DNA from: Puccinia triticina
Taxonomy: Eukaryota
Assembly (NCBI GenBank): GCA_026914245.1
Contig: CP110439.1
Location: 3,844,001-3,908,000 of the forward strand
Length of the DNA stretch: 64,000 nt
Direction: 5' to 3'
Both the position numbers and the translations under genes were made by a program. A model generated the notes under the pieces. The model was not told the DNA's origin. It saw only the letters and a program-made list of their open reading frames with translations, and made no database searches. Of this stretch, positions 13,501 through 26,466 are shown in pieces. Every line of letters begins with the position of its first letter. Position 1 is the stretch's first letter.

Positions 13501-15655
13501 ACACTACACAACACTGGCTATACCAATCATGTGGAATTGCACAATTAATACCTAAGCAAACCAGTTTGCTTCCACTGTTCCAAAAAAAACATCAAAGGTA
13601 AAAAGAAAAAAGGAAAAAAAAAATCAAAATCAAATTGTCTTCTCAAACGCTCACTTGGCAAAGCATCTTTGCAGGTGGGCGCAGGAAAGCAAAAAAAAAA
13701 AAAGGTTCTGCAACCTGAGCGTCCAGAACTGGTTGGTCAGACCATCCCGTTCCAGCAACGCTCAAGTTGGGGGACCTCGCTGTCATGGAGAAGTTTTGGT
13801 TAATGAAAACATCTTTTTGAAGTTTTGTCAAGCGGTCCCAGGAACCCTGGCATTCTTTCAACAAGTGGATCCTCAAAACTTTGTTTGGACGCTTGGGCAG
13901 GCTGTCCTTGCAACACAAGTGTCCTATTGACTGCATGGCTCCAGCAAATGTCCTCCGGACGCCGGTGAAAGCGTCAGGATAACCCAGGTATCCCACAAAC
14001 GGCTGGGTTGAGGCCATTGTCCTCTCAACGCCAAATCTTCCGTCAAAGAGAATTTGACGTCCCAGAAACCCCAGATCCCACAACCATCACAGTTGATGAG
14101 GCCGTCAGTGAATACATTCCGTCTAAAATCTGTCCTGCGGCCATCAAGATAATCACAACGTCCCCCCGCGGTCCTAGTGGTTGCCAGGACGCGTGATTCC
14201 TGCAACTGTTTGGGCAACGTCCCAACTTCTCTCAATCGCTCCTGTGGTGTATGTCCTCTTGATGCCTAATCAGTACCAGTAATCAAGAGGGCAGCTTTGC
14301 TCTCAATGACCGGCACCAGCCATCAAGAGTGCGTACACCACAGGAGCAATTTAGAAAAGCCAGGACGTTGCCAAAAAAGTTGCAGGAATCACACGTCCTA
14401 GCACCTGCTAGGACCGCCATGGAATATTGTGGTTGTCTCTTTGGCTTTAGGATGCTTTTTAGACAAAATTTATTCATTGACCTCCTCATCAACCGCAATG
14501 GTTGCGAGATCTGGGGTTTCTGGGATGTCAAAGTCCCTTTGCCGGTGTGGTGACAAATAAGGGCGCGGGGCGCCAGAACAGCCGGTGGGTTTTCCGGGTG
14601 TGCGGTGCTACGGATGCCCTAGGTGTGGCGCGGATTAGAGTTGCAGAGGTGGGGCGCATTCCTTGAGCACGGAGCAACGGTTGGATGCAGCAGAGTTGCG
14701 GCATGCGGAGCGGAGCAGGCTGCGCAGTCCAGGCATTCCAGCGCGGAGCTGGGGGAAGCCGCGGCAGCTGAAGCAGAGGAGGCGAGTAGGATCCCAAGCC
14801 TCCGGAGGCTAGGCAGGGGCATGGATGATGGATGTGGCGGAGTTTGGCGGCTGTCTACGGCGAGCAGTGGAAGCGCAGAGAGTGGCGGTGACGGTGTGCG
14901 TGGGATGGGAGGAGGATCTGTTTTCTTCGTTTTATCCTATTTCTATTGTGTAGTTTTTAGTTCTATGTGGGTTATGAGATGCGGTGGCAGTTTTATCACG
15001 GGGGGGTTTCTTTGTATGGCGGAGGGAGGAGGAGTTTTCTTTTACTTAATCACTTACTTATTTTGAGGGGGGGGGGGGGGAGTTTTTCCCCATCATTGCC
15101 CATCATCTGGAGGATTGTTTTTACTTTTACGGACTTTATTTTTTCTTTGTGGTTACGGATGCTGAGGATGTTATTGCGGTTCTTTCATGGTGTTATTGAT
15201 ATGTTTATTGGGTTTTACTGGATTACTCTTTTGCTATTCTCATTGGCTTGCGGCTTTCATCTTGAACGGAGTTACCTGGAGTACTTATACTCCGCCGAGT
15301 TTGGAGAACCCTTGATGCACTCGGGAATCTTGCAGAGGAAATGGTGCTGTGGTCATTATGTGACGGAGCACCACTTGCTTCTACCACAACAGGAGACTTG
15401 GTGTTGGGAGAACAATGGCCTCAACCCAGCTGTTCTTGGGATACCTGGGTTATCCTGACGCTTTCACCAGTGTCCGTAGGTCATTTGCTGAAGCCATGCA
15501 ATTGATAGGACACTTGGGTTGCAAGGACAGCCTGATCAAGCGTCCAAACAACGCTTTGAGGACACGATTTTCAATAGGATTCTTGGGTTCCTGGTACAGC
15601 TTGACGAAACATCAAAAAGACGTTTTCATTAACCAAAACTTCTCCATGACAGCAA

Positions 15656-16485
15656 TGTGGTGTGCCAAATCTGTTTCAGGTATTGAATTGCATAAAGTCT
15701 TGGTTCACTGTGTGAAAAGTATGCATATTCTTGGATGCATTATTTCATAATTAGATTCTACAGTCGTTTAACCCCTAGTCACTCGCTTGAACCACTAGGC
15801 TAGTCAAAAGTTATTGGGATTAAACTGTTTTTTATAGAACATAATCAAATACTATAGAATTATATTTGGTAGTACATATTATAGAATCAGGTACAAGTAC
15901 ATAGTTAGGGTGTACTTTATACAGGTGCACACATGTACCCCTGTATGGTCACATGGCATCATCAGTCACATGTTGGATCACACATTTATCACATGGCTCA
16001 CTATCTAAAATCTCTCAATAGAAGCTTCCATGCAGCAAAAATCCCTCACAGGAGAATTAAAACCAGCATAAATCCCTCAACTGACTTCCCCACCAGCAAA
16101 AATCCCTCACATTTTACTATATAAGGAGCATGTTTTCCTTCCTCAGTTTCAGCTTGCCACCCAGGCAATTGTAAATAGAACACACATCTCACTTCAAAGT
16201 TTTATGTACATACATCACCTGTGATCTCAACTAGTAGTCTCACAACCAGTGTGATCTTAACAAAGTATATATCCTCCAACTAAGAAGGAGCATCACAATC
16301 CTGTAAATAACCAAACATCCTGGAAATTCACTGATTCCTTGGAACCATCCGCTGTAGGAATTATATGAGGGTTTTGTGGTACACATTTCACTGATCTAGG
16401 TCTGATAGAGACTACTGCACAAAGTGTTCTCTTTCAAGGTTTGGCCACAAAAATAACTGCCACCCGTCCCAAAGGAGTTCTCACA
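15656..16485 (+). mobile_element. Probable solo LTR inserted in copy B
   Basis: TGTG...CACA ends, absent from copy A. Flanks GCAA/GCGA. TATA-like CTATATAAGG near 16118. Confidence 0.5.
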
Positions 16486-17026
16486 GCGAGGTCCCCCAAC
16501 TTGAGCATTGCTGGAACAGGATGGTCTGACCAACCAGTTCTGGACGCTCAGGTTGCAGATTTTTTTTTTTTTTTTGCTTTCCTGCGCCCACCTGCAAAGA
16601 TGCTTTGCCAAGTGAGCGTTTGAGAATACAATTTCATTTTGATTTTGATTTTTTTTTTCTTTTTAACTTTGATTTTTTTTTTGTGAAACAGTGGAAGCAA
16701 ACTGGTTTGCTTAGAAGTGTGCAATTCCACATGATAGGTATAGCCAGTACTTTGTGTAGTGTAACTGGGAAGAAACTCTTTGGAAGGAAGCCTTCTGGGA
16801 AGAATGGGCTGTGGTTTTGAGCCCGCAGGAGTTCCTTTTGTCTATCTGCACTTACGGGATTGACCTGTTGCTAACGTTGTGGGCTCAATCCCTCAACGCG
16901 CTTCTAGAGCGCAGAGGGAAAGGCTTCAACTTACTGTTGCTGGAGTGATTGGCAAACAAAGGTGCAGAACCCTTGTTGGTCCAACAACGTTTGCGCACCC
17001 GCCCCTCTTCGCCGGGATGCTGTTGT

Positions 17027-19847
17027 CAACAATGGAAAGTTGCGTTATCCGTAACAAAAAGTAACGGATAACGTAACTGAATTGGTGCCGTTATTGTTGC
17101 GCTAACAGCAGTGTTGTTTTAGTTACGTTACTAGAGGCCAAGGCGGCTTCGCCGCTGCAAGGGCATCAGCCCCCTGTCAATTATTTTTTCCTCCACAGAA
17201 ACCAGTGCTCATTTTCAACTCTTCTAATCATCTTTCCCTTTGACAGGCTAGCCAGCTTTCCCAGCTGAAAATCCTATCAGGGCTGGCTAAGGTACTGCAA
17301 ATCATCTTTCCCACGCTGCTCAGATATCTGTTTTTTTACCCTGTATAGGCTTCACCTTTATCCATCTTTGTAGGCAAATTAATTTTGATAAAGTTACAAA
17401 CTAAAGTCTTGCATTCATTATGTTTTAACAGAGTGCAGTAAATGTAGCCAAGGTCCATGGAGAGAGCCGAGGACAGCGATTAACAGGAGGTCTGTTTCGT
17501 GGTCGGGCATGTGGGGTTGATTGACGATGAAGCCGTAAGAGACCGCGAGGTGCGTCGAAGCCGAAGCGGCCAACATGAGTGAGACCGAAGAGCTGGAGGA
17601 GAGTGGACGGCGATGGGGAAGAGGACGACGAAATATGACAGAGATTCAAGAGTAAGTTGGGCCCTGCAACCCCCTTGTTTGTCGCCCGACTCTTTGCCTG
17701 GACTCATATGGCTCGAAAAACTCCACCGCATCTTGCGCGATCTGGGTGTGCCGTAAGCCTTGCATCATCAAACTGGCCAGCGCGGAGCCAAATTAGATTG
17801 ACCCATGGGCAACGTATCCAATCACCCCGTTATCAAAGCGCAAGCCATAGACTTCCTTAATCTGGCCGTGCCTTGGTCCCGCGAAATGAGCAAGAACTAA
17901 GAGCCTCTGTTTGCCAAAGATCTTGGACTGTGGATGGCTGAGCGGGTGAACTTCAATGCGGCAGCATACGTCGCCAGATCCTCCATCTATAGGAAGGTGA
18001 CGCCGGTGCAAAGAATGCCGAACCGTAGGGCGAAAGGGAAGGCGGCAACTGAGGTCACCTGCCTGGTCTTGTTGGGTCACTCCATGGTCGCCGGGTCATC
18101 GTGATGCACCTTGGGCTTGGTCACCAGGAAGCCGCCCGCACCAGACCTTGCGTCCCACACAGCGGCCCACTTCGGCGCCTGGATGAGCCCGGCGTGTTGG
18201 TCCTGCTCAGTCGGCACCCTGTGCCCCAGGGCAACCCACCCGAGCAGCACATTAAATTTGGTTTTTGAAATTGTTTGCAGATTTTCAGTAGACTTTGTGA
18301 GGAAGGGAGGCGAAGAGCGCAGGGTCAGCAGGCCCGAGGGAGTGTGGGATGCAGAAGACGGGGAAAGAGGGACATGCTGTTCCAGAACACCCGGCCATCT
18401 TGGGAATCCTGTGTGATCTCCTCAAGCTTCATCGTGTTCCGCTTTTACACATGGACTTGCAGTTTTAGCAGCACAAAAATCATATCAATTCTAAGCACAA
18501 TGGGGGGGATGGAGGGGGACGGGGACAAATGGTTTGGTTGGTGACTTCCTGGCGGAGGTCAGTGATTGTGTTGGCGTCAATGGACTACTCAACCACTCCG
18601 GATAGGACCTTGGCCACCTGTTCAAGATTGATGCCAAAGTCCCAAAAAAATAAACGATATAGGGTCAGTGGATGTGGAGCAATAGATGGGGGAAGGAAGT
18701 AAATACCATTGGTTGTCTTCAAAGAGCGCAGGGAATTTGTTCCTCTTGGTATAGAAGGCTATAGCATACATCCACTTCAGTGTTGGCCAACAGATCTCCA
18801 ACTATTTTTTCAGGGACTGTACATAACTCAATCAAGCTCAGGTTTGAGGCGTGCTGGATCTCTTCCATCTTTGCATGCAGCTCTTTTGGACCGGGCTAGA
18901 TGTTGCTAAGAGGCTGGTTGTGACGGGCTGTCGGGCAAGAGAAAACTTTCCGGCGGTGATATGAGCAAGGGTGCACGCCAGATAGGACAGGTTGCAATCT
19001 GGATGAGCTGGTCAGAGGCCTAAGTTACTTACTTCTGCTTGGCAAGGATACAACGAGTGTTGGCGAGGATACGGCAAGCGTTGACAAGGATAAGACAAGC
19101 GTTGGCAAGGATACAACAGGGCTTGGCGGAGGCGATTAGTGGTTGAAGCTGGCAAGGCAAAGTGGCGCAGACCACTGGTGGGGTGACGATTGGCAAGGAA
19201 ACATTGTGGCGGTGGGTTGAAGGACAAGCCGGACTTGTGAATGGTGGGCTATTTAAAGGGAGGGAGTTGCACAAGTTTTCCCCCCCAGGGGATCCGGTTT
19301 TGTCCTACCCCCTCCCTGGGAGCCCACTAATCACTTGATTAGGGCCTTCCTGGACTACTCTAACAACCGGCCCACTTTTGCTTGTTGCTACGGCACAGCT
19401 GGAGGGTCATCCATAGGGCCTTTGGGCCTTTGGGGATTTTCAACTTGTGTGTGAGAGCTATTATTTTGTTGTAATTTTGTAAATAAAACACCTCAAAACT
19501 TAGATCCATAGGTCTAGGATTGTGTGGATTTAAGAAAGTGGGATTTTTCATCTTTTTTTCTGTTTTATTAGACCCGTTACGTTATCCCCCGCAATCTGAG
19601 GAGGATAACGTGCGGATAACGCGGTTTTTTTGGCAATTTTACGGTGCTTTTAGGCCAGATAACGCGGTTAGCGCGTTATCGGCGTTATTTTTTGCGGCAT
19701 CAAGGCGGAAAGTCCCCTCTGTTACGTTATCCAAACAAGCACAGGAACATTTCACCAGATAACAATAACGCGTTATCTGGTAACGGTGGGAAGTTACGTT
19801 ACGGAAATTCCGCTGGATAACGTAACGTAAGTAACTTCCCATTGTTG
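17027..19847. mobile_element. hAT- or P-like non-autonomous TIR element nested in copy B
   Basis: TIRs CAACAATGG(A/G)AAGTT.../...AACTTCCCATTGTTG. 7-bp TSD CTGTTGT. Many subterminal GTTACG/GATAACG motifs. Confidence 0.75.
17131..19572 (-). mobile_element. Non-autonomous Helitron, family H1 copy 2
   Basis: On the + strand, A|CTAGAGGCCAAGGCGGCTTCGCCGC at 17131 is the 3' end. The conserved 5' module (reverse complement) lies at 19250-19540. Probable 5' start TCTAATAAAAC at 19572. Confidence 0.7.
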
Positions 19848-21189
19848 CTGTTGTGACAACCAAAACCACGTCAACCAATCCTTTTGTGGTAATTTCTGAC
19901 CGCGTCAGAACATTGCCCCCAGCGGAGGAAAGCAACGTTTGGGGGACGCGAAGGCGGAGTGTCAACAGAATGTTGACCTGCTCCTGTGGTCTAGGGAAAA
20001 GGACAGCTATGTATAGGGTGGAGACAGGACAGGGGCTGTGATACTCTTGTGAAGTCCACAGTACACGCAGGCTTTGCATTAGTGCCAGAAAAAACCCGTG
20101 GCTGATTGTACACATTAATCAGTCAAAGTTGGCCTCCAGGGGCCACATCAACTGTCATACAAGTTGCAACAGATAATGGTCTGACCTTTTAGGCAAAATT
20201 AAATTCAAGCAGCGAGAGATCAATAACCCTCTTCTTGATCTCTTGCCTGAGACTTTAAACACGTCTAGTCACGTACCCCTTCTTAGACCAGCTTGTATCA
20301 TTGATCTCTCTCTCCAAGTCTTGATCAAAGTTCTCATATCATTCTGGCGCATGACAGTGAAGCAAACACCCCTTGCCTTGCTCACGGTCATCTTGGCCAC
20401 CCTACCATTTTCTCTCAGGAATTGGCAGGCACCACAGAATCCTAATTTCATTATGCCGTCCTCTTTGTTTCATTATATGCCTTATCCACTTGTGTGCGTG
20501 TCTCCTATATGTACCGCCGCTTGTTGTATGATCTCATTCTCCCACATCAAAATAGGATTACCTTTTCAGCACCTTGAAATTTGCCTTCTGCACGCTTTGT
20601 GACTTCAAGTCCCCTTCTAGTGTTCTGACTGAAAGAACTCAATTTATCCAAAGCTTATTTTTCCTAAAGTAGAAGATAATTTGAGCTCAGCACTCTTCTC
20701 CGCTGCTGGTATTCTTTCATTGATACTTCATTCTCATCCAAAGTGCCCACCCGCCTGCCTGTACCAGGCACTGTGTGACATCAACTTCTACAGCAAGAAG
20801 GAGTTTTGACTTATTTTTCAGTACAGTAATAGAATTAAAAGGGAAAAGGTTACTTATGTGTGTCACCACGCAGTGTTTTTCTACAAGGTTCCTTGGACAA
20901 TGTTATGGGCTGCTAAAATCCAATCAGCTGTCATGATCAGGAGGAAGAAGTGTTAGTGGATTAATCCAGGGTTCTTGCAAAAGGAGGAAAATTGATGAGG
21001 CCAGCTCAGAATTTGAAATACTCAGGGTGAAAACTCAACTGTTGTGGCAGTTCAACTGCACAGCTGACAACAGGGGAATATGAGCTGCATTGCTACAGTT
21101 CATGGCACTAGATACAACAAAAAGGGGATTCAAGGGGGGGTTACTATTTTGGGTGTACCAGTCATGAGGAAGAAGATTTTTAGAGATGA

Positions 21190-22480
21190 GCCAGTTTTTT
21201 TTGACGCCGCATGCCTTGTCAAAAGGCATGCGAGACAACCAAACTTCCTTCTGTTTACCGCCTTCCTTGCACAGAACACACACCTTCCCGCCTCCCTCTA
21301 CGGGGGCGGGGCATTCACTAGTCTTGTGAGCATCGCCACATCTGCCACCCGGCACCACTTGCCAAAGTGGCCCATGCCCAGGCATTTGAAGCATTGTGGC
21401 GGCATCCTCTTGAATTGTTCCACTCGGTATTGCTGGAAATTAATGTACATGCATTGCTGTTTGATCAATCTGTTGGCTAGTTTGGAGTCAATCAAGGAAA
21501 CCACAATGTGCCTGTGTTCCGGGGATTGTTTTGTTCCCTGCTGCCACCCAACCATTGGATGCAAAAGATTCGTTTGGACAAGAACAAGTCATCCGTTGCT
21601 AACGCTATCTTGATTTCTAACTTATCGGCTGCAAAGCTCCGAGGGATCCCGTGAATGAAGATCACCAAATAGGTACTAGGTGATGCTTCCAGATCTAGGT
21701 GGAGTTGTTTACTCCAGGTGTGTCAATTCTTTTTCAGCCAATCTTTTTGGTGTTGGTCTTTGGGGTAGAAAAAGACATCTCCTGAGGGTAGGAAGTGTAC
21801 TGCTTTAACCGCGACCTTCTCGCCGTTGACTTTAGCGCAGAGTTTATCTAAAACTTCATTTGTTTTATTTTACAAACTACATTGCCTGCGTTGACATCCT
21901 TGAGGGGGGCGGTACCAGAGCGCGCGTGGATGATAGAAAATCCAGGTCGAGCTGCTACCATCTTGGCTTTTGATGGTGGTGCTGGTGGGGGCGGCTTTTT
22001 TTGGGATGGCCATTGGCCCGTACGTCTTGATAGGGAGCGGTTTTGCCTTGATGAGTTGGCCGGCCTCAAGGGTTTGCATCTGGCCCCAAAGATCTCTAAG
22101 ATCCGCTGGCGCAAGCTGAATTTCCCTCGAGGTTTGTTTTAAAAGTCGTTTCTGCTCGGCTTTGCTATCCAGGAGTTGTAGGAGCAAGGTCATCATCATC
22201 TTGTTGATCATGACTTTTTCACCTTGCGCAGGGCTATCCGGGCGGGCCAGAAGTGCCCAAAGAAAAGACACTGACATGGTTTCTGATGCTGGGATCGCGG
22301 GGAGCGCTGATAGACTGGTCTCAAGGGGGTGGCGGTCATCATGTCAGTTGACGCGTTGTTGGCGGCTTGCGCGTCTTGGGGGTTGTGGATTGAAATAATC
22401 CAAGAGGACCTGTACCAAATCGGAGCAATTTCCAGGTTTTCTTCGAGTTGAGTCGGTGAGTTGATTTTTGGTTGAGGAGA
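21190..22480 (-). pseudogene. Degenerate ORF1 (gag-like) of a Tad1-like LINE
   Basis: Frameshifted CCHC knuckles QCFKCLGMGHFGKWC, RCGDAHKTSEC and KVCVLC, plus upstream ORF1-like segments (VHFLPSGDVFFY, FIHGIP). Confidence 0.7.
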
Positions 22481-23160
22481 TCAGTTGAGGATTGGAGTTG
22501 ATTAGGAGGAAAATAAAGGAAGCGGGAAAGATTTTTGTTTGCAATTGGAGGAGATGTTTTACTGAGGAATCAGAGGACAAGGTCTATTGCCAGTTGTTCT
22601 GGAGTGTGGAAGATTGATTAGGTTAGGTTTGATGATGAATAAGCTCTTGAGCAACCAGTACTCATGAGCCATGTGCCAAAGGCATATGAAGTTTCAAAAA
22701 ATATTTTCTTTTCCAAGAAGCTTGGACAAAATTTTAAAAAAATGTTTTTGAAAATCCTTTGCAAATCACATATCCAAGTTTATTAAATCCACACAAACGT
22801 GGAAACATAGATCTAAGTTTTGGTGTGTTTTATTGTGAAACACCACAAAAATATCACACACACAATAGACAAGTTGAAAGAATCCCCAAACACCTGAAAT
22901 AGGCACCTTGAATTGACCCTCCAGCTGTGCCAAAGCAACAAGCAAAAAAGGGCCGGTTGTGAAGGACTCTGTGAGGAGCCGTCAAGGAGGGGCCTAATCA
23001 AGCAATTAGGGCGCCTCCAGGGAGGGGGTGGAACAAAACCAGAACCCCTGGGGGACAGCGGACACAAACCTCACCCCCTTTAAATATCTGAACATCTCGC
23101 ATCACGTGCACCAGCCTTGCCTTGGTCCAGCGCCACGCCAACTGCATCCTCGCGAGCACC

Positions 23161-24454
23161 ATGCCCACTGAATCCATGCCAACGCCCACCGTAGCCTCCC
23201 CAATCCATTCGTCTAACTTGTTCAAATCTCTGAGATTACTCCTCCCGATACTATGTATGTCATCAATGTTCCTCTAACTCATGAAGCCAATGACAATGTA
23301 GCTGATTGGTTTGGCTCATACCTTCTTTTTTGCTTGGGTTTGGGTTTCTTTGGAAAGACAGCTCACTGGTTTGATGATCTTGACTGCCGCATCCATGATC
23401 CCGAAATCAACTCGAAAACCTATTGACAAGGCTTAGGCCGAGACAAAGCCAAGGCGCTGGCCGTGATGCAACAAAATTCGCCGAAGCTTCGAAAGCAAGA
23501 GACAAATGTTGACCTCTGTCAGATTATTGAACAAGTAGGGGTCTTGCTCTGCATAGACCGTTTTGAAGATTTTGCACTGAGGTTGGATTTTCTGGCTGAA
23601 TTCTATCAGCATCCGGTTCATATTCCTATTTTCGGTCTGTATGACCTGCCCACTCGGGCCGTCCTCGATTCCCTCCAGCGCGTTCTCTTGGGCCTATCCC
23701 GCCGAGTCGCGCTTCCTGGTCTCAAGCTGACTACGCTGCAAGAATGTGACCTCATGGTACTTGTTGTTCGGCCCGATCTTTGGCTTCTCCTCCAGCAGCC
23801 CTCTTTGCCCTTCACTTGCAGACCGGACCCAAGACATAATCCTTGGGATTAAAGATCTGGATCTTTCGCGGAACTCACTGACAGGTATTAATTACACACG
23901 ACTACTGGGCTCAGGTTGGCTTGTTGACTGACGTATGCCCCCCCCCCCTCTTAGAAATCCCCCGGAGTCTGCCGCTGGTCTTTCCTGGCCTGTGCAAGCT
24001 GAATCTCTCTGGCAACCCACTCGGTTGTCTGCCTGCGAGCCTCTGCCAATGGAAGCTGGTGAAACTGAGCGTGGACCCGCCCACGCGTCAGCCCTCAGGC
24101 CGGCGACGGCTTGCTCGCATCCTGGACTGCGCAAGCGACCCCCCAACGCTACCAGAAAGCTGCTTGAGCCGTCTGATCAAGTCTCCGGCCAGGCCGGGCT
24201 TACCAGTTGTTCCCGCCCCTCAGCACCCGCTCCCAGCCCATCTATCCCGCGCACTTGCGAAGGGACGCCTCTGCGACGACTGCCACCGCTTCCGGTGGTC
24301 AGCCCAGAAGGCCATATATCTCCGTGCCCCTCCCGACTACGTGATCCGCGGATTCAACGGGAACCGCTTGAAACCTCATTCCCTCATCCTAGGCCCTTTG
24401 TTCCTATGCCCCGCTTGTCTCCGCCTTCATTGCATCCGCACCCACGCTTTGTAA
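23161..24454 (+). pseudogene. Leucine-rich-repeat protein gene or fragment with C-terminal Cys cluster (Helitron cargo)
   Basis: LRR motifs IKDLDLSRNSL and LCKLNLSGNPLGCLP, and CDDC...CPAC. Apparent stop/frameshift near 23930. The 5' boundary is uncertain. Confidence 0.55.
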
Positions 24455-26466
24455 CGATGGCGCCGACAACTCTATGCTTGATTTGTATTCTTCCTGCTAC
24501 CCTCTCCACTACATGATGGATTGGCGAACTCCCAAGAGGAACTATTCAGGGATGTAACTGGAAATCAATAGCAAAAGCGCGGCAACCTTGATCTCTGTGC
24601 CAAATGTGTCCTCAAATATGTGTTTGTCCCTTGTCTTGCCAATTCTTCACAAACACCAACTCACTAACCCGTTGTGTATAGGAATTTTTTTGGCAATCAG
24701 TCTTCCCTCTGGGCGTCGGGCAAGGATATCGGTCTTTCGCCGATCCAGAAGCCAGTTCACCGCGCCGCGGAACCCAATGGATCATGCCCAAGCAGATGCA
24801 GAAAGTGAGCTCGGATTGCCGGGCGTGACCAGGATCTTGCGGATCCCCCTAGACTACTGGTGGAACTTTTGGCTGCCCAGGACGTATACACTGATGATGG
24901 ACCGGCTAGCGTGGTCATCCTTGCAGGGAGCCTCTTAGACGCGGCTGAAAAGCTTTTGGCCACAGGTATATTCATCTCTAGACTCTCCTTTCCTAACATC
25001 ATCACTCTAGAATGTGTTCACTTACCTCTTTGGTTTTTCTTCTAGGATTCCATCCAACCAGCATTGCTGAGAGCTTTTCGCGCGCAGCAATCAAAAGCGT
25101 GGGATTTCTTGTCACAATTCCTACCCTGGTTGATCTCAATGATTGTGACTTGTCAATTCGCACTGTAAGCACTTCCTTGAACTCCAAGATCGTCTCGCAA
25201 CATTACTTTAACCTGGCCCCGATGGCAGCGATTAGCTCTGGCCACAGAAAGTTGACTAACTTCGCCCTTGCTGCTGGCCGCAAAGACAATCAGCTGGGAC
25301 GCTCGCCAGATCAACTGGGTCATTGCGGGATCCATGGCCATCATGGCCATCCTTGTAAGCTTGCCCTCTCTTTCTCCGCGTGCTCAAAACACTTGCTTAC
25401 ACAGACTATCATTGTCTCCGCCTAATCCGTCCTCAACACGCCCGGCACTACCTTTGCCTCGCCAAAGAGCGCCAGATCATCGTGTGCACATGTCCAACAT
25501 GTCCTCCAATCAATTCTTCTGTTGTTCCGTGTGCGCATCTGTTGTCAAATGCTTACAGAATTGAATCATTCCCGGACGCACAAAGCTCATCTGAATCAAG
25601 ACGCTAGCTAATCCACCCTTGCAGCTGATCAAAATGGCTCGCGTCTAGGTCTCCAGCGGGTGAACAGTGTAAACAATATATGTAACAACTGGATTTCTTG
25701 TAAGCTATTACATCTTTGATAGATTTTCTTATAGCAAAATAAGGTAAGAACAAATGATTTTTGTATCTAAAGGCACATGTGTCCTGTTAAAGAAATTCAA
25801 TAGTAATGAGGCAATAAATATCACACAGATATTAATCTTTTGAGCTGTCAAAGCAAATAGACAATTTGATCAATGAGTATCAGTTGCACTCTAACTTGAG
25901 AAAATAGTTATTATCATCAGTCTAATCATCCCTCTTCTTAATCTTTCCATTCTGAGGCTTAATCAAGCAAAGAGAGACTTGACTGTAATTAAATATGCTA
26001 TGAAATTTTTTCTTTAACTAAAATAATTCTTCTTCCTGATCAATAGAATGATCTAAAGTAACAATAAAAACTCTCTTCCATAGAAAATTGAAGGAACTGA
26101 AAGCTAAATTGCATAATAGTGGAGATGGGATTGAATGAAGCAGACTTGATGAAATGGACTTTGTTGTTGTTCATGAGCTCACAACCTGTTGAATGAAAGA
26201 ACAACGCTGTAGCCAATATGATCCAAGGTATTTATTGGGTGGTGCTGCATATCAAATTGTTCTTGCAATACCCAACAAAAGCAGATTGTATGGAAAGCCA
26301 ATAAAATACAGTGGTATTGTATTGGTAATAAATATGTCTTTTCTGGGTGATGTGGAGAAAATCCAATCACTCATCCCAGCAATACATCTGGTATTGGACT
26401 GTATTGGTGCTCTGAGACAAGCTATTCTGATATGATAACATCACCTTATATTGTGCTAAAAAACAA

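Larger units (their letters stand above)
11712..14249. mobile_element. Non-autonomous TIR element, copy A (CACCACAGGAG termini, TA TSD)
   Basis: TA|CACCACAGGAG...CTCCTGTGGTG|TA. Colinear with copy B in inverted orientation and lacks B's ~14545-15400 segment. Confidence 0.8.
14336..19991. mobile_element. Non-autonomous TIR element, copy B (inverted relative to copy A) with nested insertions
   Basis: TA|CACCACAGGAG...CTCCTGTGGTC|TA. Segments 14336-14540, 15400-15655, 16486-17026 and 19848-19991 match the reverse complement of copy A. Confidence 0.8.
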
